Shown here: one piece after another, positions 1 through 8,652 of the stretch
Position numbering within the stretch: position 1 is the first letter of the stretch
How the letters are laid out: each line of letters begins with the position of its first letter
Source of the DNA: Candidatus Saccharimonadota bacterium
Lineage (GTDB): Bacteria; Patescibacteriota; Saccharimonadia; Saccharimonadales; Saccharimonadaceae
DNA: 64,000 bases
Assembly: GCA_017514045.1 (NCBI GenBank)
Contig: JAFWLS010000024.1
Location: 14,705-78,704 of the forward strand
Direction of reading: 5' to 3'
Position numbers and translations under genes: made by a program
Notes under the pieces: model-generated
What the model saw: only the letters and a program-made list of their open reading frames with translations
Told to the model about the DNA's origin: nothing
The model's database searches: none

Positions 1-330
1 ACGTCTGTTCCAAATCCAGCCGAACTCCTATCGTCAAAGAAAAACCAAGAGCTCATCAAGATACTTAGAAAAGAATACGACCTTATCATCTTCGATTCTG
101 CTCCATGTGGAGCGGTCGCAGACCCAATAATCATGTCAACCCTTGCAGATACAACTATTATCGTCGCCAGGAACGGCAAGACCCCTAGAACGGCCGTATT
201 ATCTACTAAAGAATCACTAGAAAAAGTTGACGCAAAAATTGCTGGCATTGTTTTGAATGATGTGGATCGTAAAGTCGGTCATTACTATAGCTATTATGGC
301 GGTTACTATGAGGATCGTCGAACCAGTTAA
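1..330 (+). CDS. BY-kinase (CpsD/CapB-type protein-tyrosine autokinase), C-terminal part; the gene starts upstream of the window
   Basis: Frame 1 is open from nt 1 (TSVPNPAELL...DLIIFDSAPCGAVADP...). It ends in the Tyr-cluster tail GHYYSYYGGYYEDRR typical of BY-kinases. A CpsB-type phosphatase gene follows 15 nt downstream. Confidence 0.8.
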   Translation, partial: TSVPNPAELLSSKKNQELIKILRKEYDLIIFDSAPCGAVADPIIMSTLADTTIIVARNGKTPRTAVLSTKESLEKVDAKIAGIVLNDVDRKVGHYYSYYGGYYEDRRTS

Positions 331-345
331 TCACTACGAGGAACT

Positions 346-1050
346 ATGATTGACCTACACTCGCATCTATTGCCCGACGTAGACGATGGGGTGGAAGTTT
401 TTGACGAGAGTATCGAAATAATACGCGAGCTCGCAAGACATGGTATCAAAAAAATCGTTCTAACACCGCACTATGTACCCGAAACAATCTATAACTCTCC
501 TCGTTCCGACAATTTAAAACTCCTTCATGAGCTCAAGAAAAGCATGCAAGATGAGAGCCTCGATCTGGAGTTGTTTCTCGGTAACGAAATCTATATCAAT
601 GGTGACATCTCTTCTCTAGTAAAAGATAAGATTATCTCACCTCTTGGCAACGGAAAATATCTCCTTATCGAATTACCGATGTCGGGGATATATGAAGGTT
701 ATGAGGACATTTTTTACAATCTTCAAATTGAAGGCTTTTCGATTATCCTCGCCCATCCGGAACGCTATATATCCATGCAAAAAGATTTTTCTATACTTGA
801 ACGTCTACATAATCTCGGTATACTCTTTCAATGTAATCTAGGCAGCATAGTAGAGCAATATGGGCACAAGGCTAAGAAAACTGTAAAAAAACTAGCAAAA
901 AAAGATATGATATTTGCTTTTGGCACCGACGTGCACCATTTCCGTGATTTTTCCGACATAGACAAAGCCATCGCACTTCTTACTAAGATTTATGGTAAAG
1001 CCAAGCTAGACAAACTCTTGGTCGACAACCCTCTTAAAGTTCTTAAATAA
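346..1050 (+). CDS. cpsB: PHP-family protein-tyrosine phosphatase (CpsB/YwqE type)
   Basis: N-terminus MIDLHSHLLPDVDDG plus later LAHPERY and GTDVHH metal-ligand-like motifs. It is adjacent to the BY-kinase. Confidence 0.85.
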   Translation: MIDLHSHLLPDVDDGVEVFDESIEIIRELARHGIKKIVLTPHYVPETIYNSPRSDNLKLLHELKKSMQDESLDLELFLGNEIYINGDISSLVKDKIISPLGNGKYLLIELPMSGIYEGYEDIFYNLQIEGFSIILAHPERYISMQKDFSILERLHNLGILFQCNLGSIVEQYGHKAKKTVKKLAKKDMIFAFGTDVHHFRDFSDIDKAIALLTKIYGKAKLDKLLVDNPLKVLK

Positions 1051-1130
1051 CATATTCTCGTCACTTCACTAGTCTTGACCAGGAGATTAAGCTCTAGTAC
1101 AATTATAAGGTGGAGCATTTTGGAGGTATT

Positions 1131-4100
1131 TTGAAACCAAAACTAAAAATATTTTTGTTATCAGTCTTATGCTTGGGACTGATTTTTGGTTCTCTATTCA
1201 TCTTCAAAAAAGCCCCTTCGATTGCGTCGTACAGCTATTATGAAACACTCGACATTTCTCATGATTCCTTAAACGGTAATTCTATTTGGGGAGGCGGCGA
1301 AGCTTTCGAAACCGTAGTTTCTGCAGGTGGGCTTGATGGTGCAACTTCTTTTTATTCTGCAACCAATAAAGCTTCTGGTGGTCTCGACACATCTGGCGCG
1401 CTCAGTCTCGAAGGCATCCCGTATCAACTTAGTTGGACAGGCGCCAGTGACTATACAGGCAATGATACTATCAAACTTCAATCAGAAGGCGACAAAGTTT
1501 CTGTTACGCTTGACACGACCGGAGCATTTGCAAAGCTTTACATACTCGGTACCGCTAGCGGATCAAGTGAAGAGAGCTATGCAGAAATCGACGCAACTAT
1601 TCGATACACCGACGGTGCATCTAGCCAGACAAGTTTCCGACTATATGATTGGCGTAGTTCTGCTCAGATCTTAAATGTTTACAAATGGCCTAGCCTTGCT
1701 AGCAGGACGATCGTAGCCGGACAGGAATACAACGGATCAACGACTAGTGCACCATATCTTCAGTCTACCAATATCAACGTCGATCCCGAAAGAGTCATAT
1801 CATCTATCGATCTCGCACTCGCTAGACGAAACGGCGAACCGATTGCAGTTGGCGTATACGCCATTACTGGTATGATTAATAATTCCGCTCCCACTGCTAT
1901 CGAATCTGCGCAAGTTCGCGATGTTGCAGAGACCAATGCTACTGTTTATTGGCGTTCCGTTGTGGGGGCCACTAGCTATCGTCTAGATGTTGCTCAAGAT
2001 GTCAATTTTAAACATATCTTGCCTGATTATAATAACCTATATACACAGGATGATTCGGTAACCATCGCGGGACTTACCGGCAACACCACATATTATGTGC
2101 GCGTGCGTGCTGAAAACTCTGAGGGCCAGAGCGTCAACTCCGGCATTATAGATTTTACAACAGATCCTGAAACAACCCCTCCAACCATTGCCATCATTGC
2201 AAACCCTGGATTGATACAGATCCAAGATAAAGCCAAGATTATTGGCACCGATACCAGTGGGGTTCGTTCCATCGAAGAGAGTTTAGACAGTGGCACAACA
2301 TGGGAAGCAATCGTCGGAGGTGATAGTATCGAACGAACTATCACGAAAAACGGGACCTATTGTTATCGCGCCACCGATAATTATGGCAATATAAGCGAAG
2401 CCTCATGCGTAACTTATGCTAATCTAGACACCGCTAAACCAGTTATACATATTAACACCAATGAGTATACGGAAGGTACATGGACAAATGCTCCAATCAC
2501 TCTATCTATAGAAAACCTTACTGCTAACGTTGGGCAGACAAGCTATTACTATTCGGAAGACTCCCAGGAGTGGACTGCATTCAATGGTACTTTGATTATT
2601 AACGAAGAAACGGACGAAGAGGGCAAGACCTACTATTTTAAAGCTATCAGCCAGGCAAATATAGAAAGCGACATCAGTGCGCTTACAGTTCATCGCGATA
2701 CTACTGCTCCTGCTGGAGAAATCTCAAGCTCGAACAATGGCTGGAATCAATTTCTTAACACCATTACGTTTGGCCTATTCTTCCACGAAACCAAGAATTT
2801 TACTATTGCAGCCTCTGACACTCTATCTGGCATAGACCGTATCGAATACCTTATTTCAGAAGAGGCCTTTGAGTCTAAGGAGGCAGCTATATCATCCGAA
2901 GGCTGGGCCACAACCTCTGGCCTGGTCACCATTGATCCGGAAAAAGACTTCATTCTATATTTTAAAGTCATCGATAAAGCTGGAAATATTTCAATAATTA
3001 ACACCGATGGTATTGTTCTTGACACCACCAGTGCGTCGATTTTGGGATACGTAGACGCTGCCCACACTTACGAGTTAATAGATGGAGAGACCTATTATCT
3101 CATCAGCAAACTCATCATTGAAGACAATCGTGCCCTAAAAACCGTCTTAATTAACGGCCAATCTATCAATCTAAACGACTCTAATATTATCAGTTTAGAT
3201 TCGAATCAGACCTATTCCATCACCGCGATAGATAAAGCCGGTAATCATTCTAATCTCACAATCAAGACCGGTTCGCTTACTGCTCTAGATCTACATGTTA
3301 CAGAGGAGAATTATAAGACTAGCGATCGATCTGGCTTACTAGCAGCAAAGGCCGAATTGGCTAGAATCGCAGAGTCTGAAGGACATTATGCCACTACTGA
3401 TGAACAAGAGACAATCTCTAATCTTATAGCAGAATACGATCGTGTACTCCAGTTGATAGATAGTTTAAATACTAAGCTGATAGACTGTTTCAAATACTAT
3501 TTTTCGATACCGGATGTCGACCACGTCACGAGTTCTAGCTACGATGAGATGCAGACGCTCATCGACAATATTGAATCTTTGCTCGACGTAGATAGTCTTC
3601 ATCTCTCAATCGAAGAAACAAACACATTGCTCATGCAGAAACGCGAACTCGAAGAAAGGCTTCTTCGTCTCGAATCTGTCTCGAGCAGTCTTAATGCCCT
3701 AAACATCATCAATTATACCGATGTCGACATTATCAAAACCGAAGACGAAACAGAACTCAAAACACTTAAAACGATCGCAGAAACATTGCTCGCTGGCGAC
3801 AATTTGACAGATGACGAGCGCGTCACAGTAGAGTCAGAGTTGGACACTATTTGTTTATTATTAGACAGAATCACAGAAGCCACCAATGCGAAGGTCACTA
3901 GTGCTATAAATTTAGCAAAATCGCTAGTTTCAACAGGATATACTAAGAGTGACAAAGACACGCTTTTGTCGGCCAAGGCTGATTTGGAGACCGCCATCAA
4001 ACAATACACCAATAATTATACCGATTCCGAAAAACAAGCCTTAAACGATCAACTAATTGCTGTCGAATTCGCCATTAACGATATCGATAATCAAATGTGG

Positions 4101-6182
4101 GAAGAAATTCGTCGTACGACTTTCCCGACTGTTTCGACTACAGACGCAACGCAAAAATGGACAGCTATAGACACGGTGGGCGTATCTGCCACTGACGAAT
4201 ATGGTATAGATAAGATAGAAGTATCAAGTGATGGCGGGCAAAACTGGGATCTTGTATCTAATTACGATTCAAGTACAACCGACATTACGAAAAATGGCAC
4301 CTATCTATTCCGCGCCACTAATGATTTTGGCAATACTTCAACAAGAGCTGTCACATATCGCAACATAGATGCGGTTGTTCCGGTAATAGCAATCGATACT
4401 CACGGCTATACGCCTGGATCATGGACTAGCCAACCAGTTACCATTAGTATTGCGAACACGGCAAACAACGTCAGTCCAGTTTCCTTATACTATCGTGCGG
4501 TTTCCACTACAGATGGAGACAATGACTGGCTTCCGTATACGACCAGCATACTTATCACAGAAGATACGGTTTCTAGCATATACGAATTTAAGGCTGTCTC
4601 CGAATCTGGCGTCGAAAGTACCGTCGAGAGCATTGAAGTTAAGAGAGATTCAGTTTGTCCGACGGGGAACATTTCTACAGGTACGAATACAATCAACAGT
4701 ATTTTGAATACCGTTACTTTTGGGCTACTCTTCGACGAAACTAAAACCTACACCATGATTGCCGACGACGCAAGCTCTGGAATAAATACCATAGAGTACT
4801 TAATCTCTGAGGCCGAACTTACCGAGTCTGAACTGGCAGAATCAGCCAATTGGCGAATCACAAACGGTACCGTCTCCGTTGATCCGAACAAGCCGACCAC
4901 CATTTACTATCGCGTTACGGATCGCGCCGGCAATACATCCGTAGTTAGTCTTTCGGGAGTTGTCTTTGATCTACCTGGTCTTTCCGAAGCAGGAATCTCC
5001 ATTGTGACCGAAGACAATAATTCTTCGACGCTCGTGACAAGCTCAGGAGCAATTGTGCTCGTTTCGGATCTCGCGCATACAACTACTGAAGATTTAGCGG
5101 CACTTGCTAATACTAGAGACGAGCTTTTGAACTATCTAGAAAAACACCCTGACGATACATCTGGTATTGTGAACAGTATTGTGTCCGACTATGCCAACAC
5201 TATTAGAGAACTAGAAGAGACTGAAAGTAGTCTCGCTATGATAAGAAACTCCTATATCGAAACAAGTTCAAACCCCGTTACATCGAGTGATAAAGTATCT
5301 ATTTCCACCCTTATCGCAACTATTGTCAGTACCGAAGAGACAAACAGCAATCATCTAACCGCCTCTGAACATCGAGAGCTCGACGATAAACTTAGCACCC
5401 TCTCTAATGTGCTTACAAATCTCGAAGCGATTCGGGCTGAACTTGAAGCAATAGATGCTAGCGTAGGTGGTTATAATATCAATACTGTGACTAAAGACGA
5501 TTTAGGGAACCTGGCTCTACTTAAAACACAAATCAACGAGCTATTAAATAGTCCTGATGTGGCCGACTCGGACAAAGAACATCTTCAGGAGCTTCTAGCC
5601 ACTATCGCGGAGTTAGAGGCTCGTATCGCTGAAGTGCAAAAGGCACTAGAAGAAGCTAAGGAGAACGATCATGTGGGCGGAATCACCCCGGGAAACGTTA
5701 CTCCGGCTGACCAAACATCCCTAGAGGACGCCGCCAGAACATACGCAGAAGCGCTCGGCGTCTTTGACTCGAATCTTTCTTTATCCGATATTTTCGACAT
5801 CAATAACAGAATCGCCATCATCAACTCCGCTCTCGATGTACTTAGTCAAGTCTCTGAGTTCGAAGCGATTGTTTCTCGCTTGCCGAACCCAGAAGATGTC
5901 GATTATAATTCGCGCCTGCTCATCAAAGCTGCAGAGGATGCATATAATGCTCTGTCTGAGTACGGACGCTCGTTGGTGGGCCCAAGCCTATTAGCCAGAT
6001 ATCGAGCCGTGCTCGAATCGTATCGTGCCTATCTTGAAGGGTCGCCACTCCTCTACGCCTTCGAGACACTCGATATCTTTTGGTGGGCTTTATCCACCCT
6101 TGCGGTCATGGGCATATTTATATTGATTGTCCGCCATACTCATAAACACTATATTGATGCCTACGATTTTGACGATTTCTAG
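1131..6182 (+). CDS. giant membrane-anchored surface protein (FN3 domain, two Ig-like module blocks, FIVAR-like helical repeats, C-terminal TM)
   Basis: The ORF is open from GTG 1110. In-frame TTG 1131 lies 4 nt after GGAGG (1122-1126) and gives MKPKLKIFLLSVLCLGLIF, a signal/anchor-like N-terminus. An FN3-like segment (VYWRSVVGATSYRLDV...YYVRVRAEN) lies at about 1893-2165. The C-terminal hydrophobic stretch WWALSTLAVMGIFILIV is followed by a charged tail. Confidence 0.75.
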   Translation: MKPKLKIFLLSVLCLGLIFGSLFIFKKAPSIASYSYYETLDISHDSLNGNSIWGGGEAFETVVSAGGLDGATSFYSATNKASGGLDTSGALSLEGIPYQLSWTGASDYTGNDTIKLQSEGDKVSVTLDTTGAFAKLYILGTASGSSEESYAEIDATIRYTDGASSQTSFRLYDWRSSAQILNVYKWPSLASRTIVAGQEYNGSTTSAPYLQSTNINVDPERVISSIDLALARRNGEPIAVGVYAITGMINNSAPTAIESAQVRDVAETNATVYWRSVVGATSYRLDVAQDVNFKHILPDYNNLYTQDDSVTIAGLTGNTTYYVRVRAENSEGQSVNSGIIDFTTDPETTPPTIAIIANPGLIQIQDKAKIIGTDTSGVRSIEESLDSGTTWEAIVGGDSIERTITKNGTYCYRATDNYGNISEASCVTYANLDTAKPVIHINTNEYTEGTWTNAPITLSIENLTANVGQTSYYYSEDSQEWTAFNGTLIINEETDEEGKTYYFKAISQANIESDISALTVHRDTTAPAGEISSSNNGWNQFLNTITFGLFFHETKNFTIAASDTLSGIDRIEYLISEEAFESKEAAISSEGWATTSGLVTIDPEKDFILYFKVIDKAGNISIINTDGIVLDTTSASILGYVDAAHTYELIDGETYYLISKLIIEDNRALKTVLINGQSINLNDSNIISLDSNQTYSITAIDKAGNHSNLTIKTGSLTALDLHVTEENYKTSDRSGLLAAKAELARIAESEGHYATTDEQETISNLIAEYDRVLQLIDSLNTKLIDCFKYYFSIPDVDHVTSSSYDEMQTLIDNIESLLDVDSLHLSIEETNTLLMQKRELEERLLRLESVSSSLNALNIINYTDVDIIKTEDETELKTLKTIAETLLAGDNLTDDERVTVESELDTICLLLDRITEATNAKVTSAINLAKSLVSTGYTKSDKDTLLSAKADLETAIKQYTNNYTDSEKQALNDQLIAVEFAINDIDNQMWEEIRRTTFPTVSTTDATQKWTAIDTVGVSATDEYGIDKIEVSSDGGQNWDLVSNYDSSTTDITKNGTYLFRATNDFGNTSTRAVTYRNIDAVVPVIAIDTHGYTPGSWTSQPVTISIANTANNVSPVSLYYRAVSTTDGDNDWLPYTTSILITEDTVSSIYEFKAVSESGVESTVESIEVKRDSVCPTGNISTGTNTINSILNTVTFGLLFDETKTYTMIADDASSGINTIEYLISEAELTESELAESANWRITNGTVSVDPNKPTTIYYRVTDRAGNTSVVSLSGVVFDLPGLSEAGISIVTEDNNSSTLVTSSGAIVLVSDLAHTTTEDLAALANTRDELLNYLEKHPDDTSGIVNSIVSDYANTIRELEETESSLAMIRNSYIETSSNPVTSSDKVSISTLIATIVSTEETNSNHLTASEHRELDDKLSTLSNVLTNLEAIRAELEAIDASVGGYNINTVTKDDLGNLALLKTQINELLNSPDVADSDKEHLQELLATIAELEARIAEVQKALEEAKENDHVGGITPGNVTPADQTSLEDAARTYAEALGVFDSNLSLSDIFDINNRIAIINSALDVLSQVSEFEAIVSRLPNPEDVDYNSRLLIKAAEDAYNALSEYGRSLVGPSLLARYRAVLESYRAYLEGSPLLYAFETLDIFWWALSTLAVMGIFILIVRHTHKHYIDAYDFDDF
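2245..3030 (+). repeat. copy 1 of an internal ~260-aa coding duplication (Ig-like module block)
   Basis: ...SLDSGTTWEAI...ITKNGTYCYRATDNYGN...TAPAGEISSSNNGWNQFLNTITFGLFFHETK...SGIDRIEYLISE... aligns by eye with the block at 4189-4970. Confidence 0.7.
4189..4970 (+). repeat. copy 2 of the internal ~260-aa coding duplication
   Basis: ...SSDGGQNWDLV...ITKNGTYLFRATNDFGN...VCPTGNISTGTNTINSILNTVTFGLLFDETK...SGINTIEYLISE... is paralogous to 2245-3030. Confidence 0.7.
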
Positions 6183-6298
6183 ACCGATGTCAGAACGAAG
6201 GCACATATTTTACAAAAATAAGAATTATTATATAAAAACCGAACAAACCGAACAGAGATATACCGAAATTAAAACATAAAAAATATATAAAATCAATA

Positions 6299-6326
6299 TT
6301 GACACTGCATATGCTTGTGCTAAAAT
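6299..6326 (+). promoter_or_regulatory. near-consensus sigma70-type promoter (TTGACA-N16-TAAAAT with an upstream TGC extension)
   Basis: TTGACA at 6299-6304 and TGCTAAAAT at 6318-6326. This is the closest match to consensus seen in the window, and it precedes no annotated CDS. Confidence 0.6.
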
Positions 6327-6332
6327 AAGGAT

Positions 6333-6453
6333 AAGAAATTCGAACGGATCTAACGTTGAGAGGCGTTCGAATTTCAGGAGGTGGGGTTCAATCCATTCAC
6401 CTAGAAAGAAACCTAAACAAACAAAATGCGTCATTTATTTGGCGCATTTTTTT
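6333..6453 (+). ncRNA. candidate ~120-nt small RNA, unclassified
   Basis: Bounded by the 6299-6326 promoter and an intrinsic terminator. It contains a 9-bp hairpin (attcgaacg/cgttcgaat, about 6338-6372) and a second hairpin (aggtg/cacct, about 6379-6402). There is no credible ORF. Confidence 0.3.
6425..6453 (+). terminator. intrinsic terminator
   Basis: Stem aatgcg/cgcatt with a 12-nt loop, followed by a T7 run. Confidence 0.6.
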
Positions 6454-6458
6454 CTACG

Positions 6459-6467
6459 TGCTATAAT
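6459..6467 (+). promoter_or_regulatory. extended -10 box TGCTATAAT upstream of tRNA-Cys
   Basis: Exact TGnTATAAT about 32 nt upstream of the mature tRNA 5' end. Confidence 0.55.
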
Positions 6468-6499
6468 ATTCACATTGATATTTAACAAACAATTCACTC

Positions 6500-6573
6500 G
6501 GTGCTGTGGCGGAGTGGTTACGCAGCGGTCTGCAAAACCGCGTACACCAGTTCAATTCTGGTCGGCACCTCCA
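6500..6573 (+). tRNA. tRNA-Cys (anticodon GCA), CCA encoded
   Basis: Hand-folded cloverleaf. Acceptor GGTGCTG/CGGCACC, anticodon stem GCGGT/ACCGC with loop CTGCAAA, T arm ACCAG-TTCAATT-CTGGT, and 3' TCCA. Confidence 0.9.
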
Positions 6574-6585
6574 AATTATAAAAAC

Positions 6586-6609
6586 AAACCTCTCTGAGGT
6601 TTATTTTTA
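6586..6609 (+). terminator. intrinsic terminator after tRNA-Cys
   Basis: Stem aaacctc/gaggttt with a 3-nt loop, followed by atttttat. Confidence 0.6.
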
Positions 6610-6738
6610 TAATTTGACATGCGTCGATCAGAAAGGAACTGGGAACCAGGTCCATCATGGAGGAGACGATAAAAATCCAGAACTTGTTATGGATTTTTAG
6701 AGTCGACGAACATGATTATCGAGACGTAGTCTCGAGAT

Positions 6739-6750
6739 TTCTGGTCGGCA
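6739..6750 (+). repeat. 12-nt copy of the tRNA-Cys 3' end (ttctggtcggca)
   Basis: Identical to tRNA positions 6556-6567 (T-loop end, 3' half of the T stem, and the start of the 3' acceptor strand). Confidence 0.8.
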
Positions 6751-6772
6751 ATCAGTACCGAAGCCGACGCCA

Positions 6773-6785
6773 TCTGGTCGGCACC
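6773..6785 (+). repeat. 13-nt copy of the tRNA-Cys 3' end (tctggtcggcacc)
   Basis: Identical to tRNA positions 6557-6569. Confidence 0.8.
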
Positions 6786-6797
6786 CATCTTTTCTTA

Positions 6798-6806
6798 TGC
6801 TATAAT
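6798..6806 (+). promoter_or_regulatory. extended -10 box TGCTATAAT, 6 nt before the Nudix ATG (leaderless layout)
   Basis: TGCTATAAT, then tcaatt, then ATG at 6813. No Shine-Dalgarno sequence is possible. Confidence 0.55.
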
Positions 6807-6812
6807 TCAATT

Positions 6813-7238
6813 ATGAAAGTATATGTCAGCACTGTAGTTAAAAGCGATAATCGAATCCTAATAATTCAAGAGGGAAAGAAAAGCTGTTTTGGCAAGTGGA
6901 ACGTACCGTCTGGTCATCTAGAAGAAGATGAAAACATTTTAAATGGCGCGTTAAGGGAAGTCAAAGAAGAAACAGGCCTAGATATTAAGCTAGATCGGCT
7001 GGTTGGGGTTTATAATAACAAATACGAGAACAATAATTCGATTCAGTTTTCTTTCTTAGCGGAAACCGACTCCCCTAAAAAGCTGACCTTTGATCATGAA
7101 GAAATACTAGATGCTAGATGGGTCGATTTGAGCGAAGTGGCTTCATACGATCTCAGAGACGCAGACTACATTCGTGATGTGCTAAACAGAATAGAGAACA
7201 GCAAAACGTTTCCGCTAGACGCAATTGTCGTTAAATAA
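6813..7238 (+). CDS. Nudix hydrolase
   Basis: Nudix box GHLEEDENILNGALREVKEETGL. The ORF is open from 6657, but that upstream part covers terminator hairpins and the promoter, so ATG 6813 is preferred. Confidence 0.8.
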   Translation: MKVYVSTVVKSDNRILIIQEGKKSCFGKWNVPSGHLEEDENILNGALREVKEETGLDIKLDRLVGVYNNKYENNNSIQFSFLAETDSPKKLTFDHEEILDARWVDLSEVASYDLRDADYIRDVLNRIENSKTFPLDAIVVK

Positions 7239-7254
7239 TTGGACAATGTATACT

Positions 7255-7286
7255 AAAAAATCTCCGTAATATACGGAGATTTTTTA
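7255..7286. terminator. bidirectional intrinsic terminator between the Nudix gene and eno
   Basis: A6, then stem tctccgta/tacggaga with a 3-nt loop, then T5. Confidence 0.75.
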
Positions 7287-7299
7287 GTACTGCTGTCTT

Positions 7300-8580
7300 C
7301 TAGAACGGACTGCTGAGTCCTAGACGCGAATTGCCTTCAGCGATACGAATCAGCTCATTGTATTTTGCGATGCGTTCGCTACGGGAAAGCGAGCCGGTCT
7401 TTATTTGTCCCGCACCAAGCCCTACGGCAATATGAGCAATCGACACATCCTCTGTTTCGCCAGAGCGGTGAGAAATAATCGTCCTAAATCCTGCTTTCTT
7501 CGCCATCATCACGGCATTAATAGTCTCACTAAGTGAACCGATTTGATTTGGCTTCACGAGGATAGAGTTCGCAGCCTTCTCCTCGATACCCTTCTTTAAT
7601 AAGCGGGTGTTCGTCACGAACAAATCGTCTCCCACTATTTGGATGCGATCACCTAGCCTCTTCGTCATAGCTTTCCAACCCCCCCAATCGCTTTCCGCAT
7701 GCCCATCTTCGATAGAAATTACTGGGTAATTGTCTATAATCCAGTTGTACCAGTTTATTAAATCATCCGCGGTCTTCCAATCTCCGTTAGTCTTGAGCAC
7801 GTAGTGATCCTTATCGTAGAATTCGCTAGACGCGATATCCATCGCCATAGCTACATCCTCACCGAGCTTATAGCCGGCCTTTTCTATAGCAAGCTTTATA
7901 CACTCAAGCGGCTCATTATTCCCATCGCGAACCTTTGGAGCATATCCGCCCTCGTCACCTACGGTCACTGGATAGCCACGCTCTTTTAGTACGGCTTTGA
8001 GCGCATGAAAAACCTCAGCTCCTATTCTTACGGCGTCACCAATATTCTCTGCGCCTTTCGGAATAATCATGTACTCTTGAAAATCAGTCGCCCAATCCGC
8101 ATGCATACCACCATTCATTACATTCATCATAGGCATCGGTATAGACATTTGGTTAGTTGTGCCAGCTAACTCGGCAATATATGCGTAAAACGGCAGGTGC
8201 TTGGCACGCGCCACTGCTTTAGCTGTCGCTAATGAAACCGCCAAAATCGCATTAGCACCAAGATGGGTTTTGTCCGCAGTACCATCAAGGTCAAGCATAA
8301 TTTGATCTACTGTCGCCTGATCTGCAGAGTTGCCCACCAATACATCTTTAATCTTAGAGTTGACGTTCCAGACGGCCTTAAGTACGCTTTTGCCACCATA
8401 AAACTTTGGATCGTTATCGCGTAGTTCCAATGCTTCACCAGAACCAGTAGAAGCACCTGACGGGACCGCTGCGCGGCCAGCCTCACCAGATTCTAGAAAT
8501 ACATCCGCCTCCACAGTCGGATTCCCACGAGAATCTAAAATCTGCCTCGCTTTAATATTAGAAATAGTAAAATTATCCAT
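7300..8580 (-). CDS. eno: enolase
   Basis: [20 protein letters not shown] and other enolase signatures over the full length. The ORF is open to ATG 8586. ATG 8580 lies 7 nt after the -10 box and is preferred. Confidence 0.95.
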   Translation of the reverse strand: MDNFTISNIKARQILDSRGNPTVEADVFLESGEAGRAAVPSGASTGSGEALELRDNDPKFYGGKSVLKAVWNVNSKIKDVLVGNSADQATVDQIMLDLDGTADKTHLGANAILAVSLATAKAVARAKHLPFYAYIAELAGTTNQMSIPMPMMNVMNGGMHADWATDFQEYMIIPKGAENIGDAVRIGAEVFHALKAVLKERGYPVTVGDEGGYAPKVRDGNNEPLECIKLAIEKAGYKLGEDVAMAMDIASSEFYDKDHYVLKTNGDWKTADDLINWYNWIIDNYPVISIEDGHAESDWGGWKAMTKRLGDRIQIVGDDLFVTNTRLLKKGIEEKAANSILVKPNQIGSLSETINAVMMAKKAGFRTIISHRSGETEDVSIAHIAVGLGAGQIKTGSLSRSERIAKYNELIRIAEGNSRLGLSSPF

Positions 8581-8587
8581 AAGCATT

Positions 8588-8596
8588 ATTATAGCA
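8588..8596 (-). promoter_or_regulatory. extended -10 box TGCTATAAT for eno (leaderless layout)
   Basis: The minus strand reads TGCTATAAT-a-ATGCTT-ATG. Confidence 0.5.
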
Positions 8597-8625
8597 AATA
8601 ATTGCCCAAAAATACACAGATTTTA

Positions 8626-8634
8626 TGCTATAAT
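8626..8634 (+). promoter_or_regulatory. extended -10 box TGCTATAAT for the 8653 gene
   Basis: Exact TGnTATAAT. It is followed by the leader gacctcaaaagaggaaga, which contains a purine-rich SD, and then ATG 8653. Confidence 0.5.
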
Positions 8635-8652
8635 GACCTCAAAAGAGGAAGA

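Noticed and set aside
6376-6402. GGTTCAATCC T-loop-like string suggesting a tRNA or tmRNA fragment
   Set aside because: The flanking sequence gives no T stem, acceptor stem or anticodon arm. It is treated only as part of the candidate small RNA.
6657-6812. N-terminal 52-aa extension of the Nudix ORF
   Set aside because: The extension covers hairpins, the tRNA-fragment repeats and the TGCTATAAT promoter itself. The Nudix fold begins right after Met at 6813.
8602-8652. TTG 8602 start for the 8653 gene, and TTG 14214 start for the ABC transporter
   Set aside because: In the first case the extension contains the predicted promoter, and in both cases a better start exists downstream (ATG 8653 after an SD-like gaggaag; GTG 14283 after taggagaga). 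The added residues are not part of the recognised domains.
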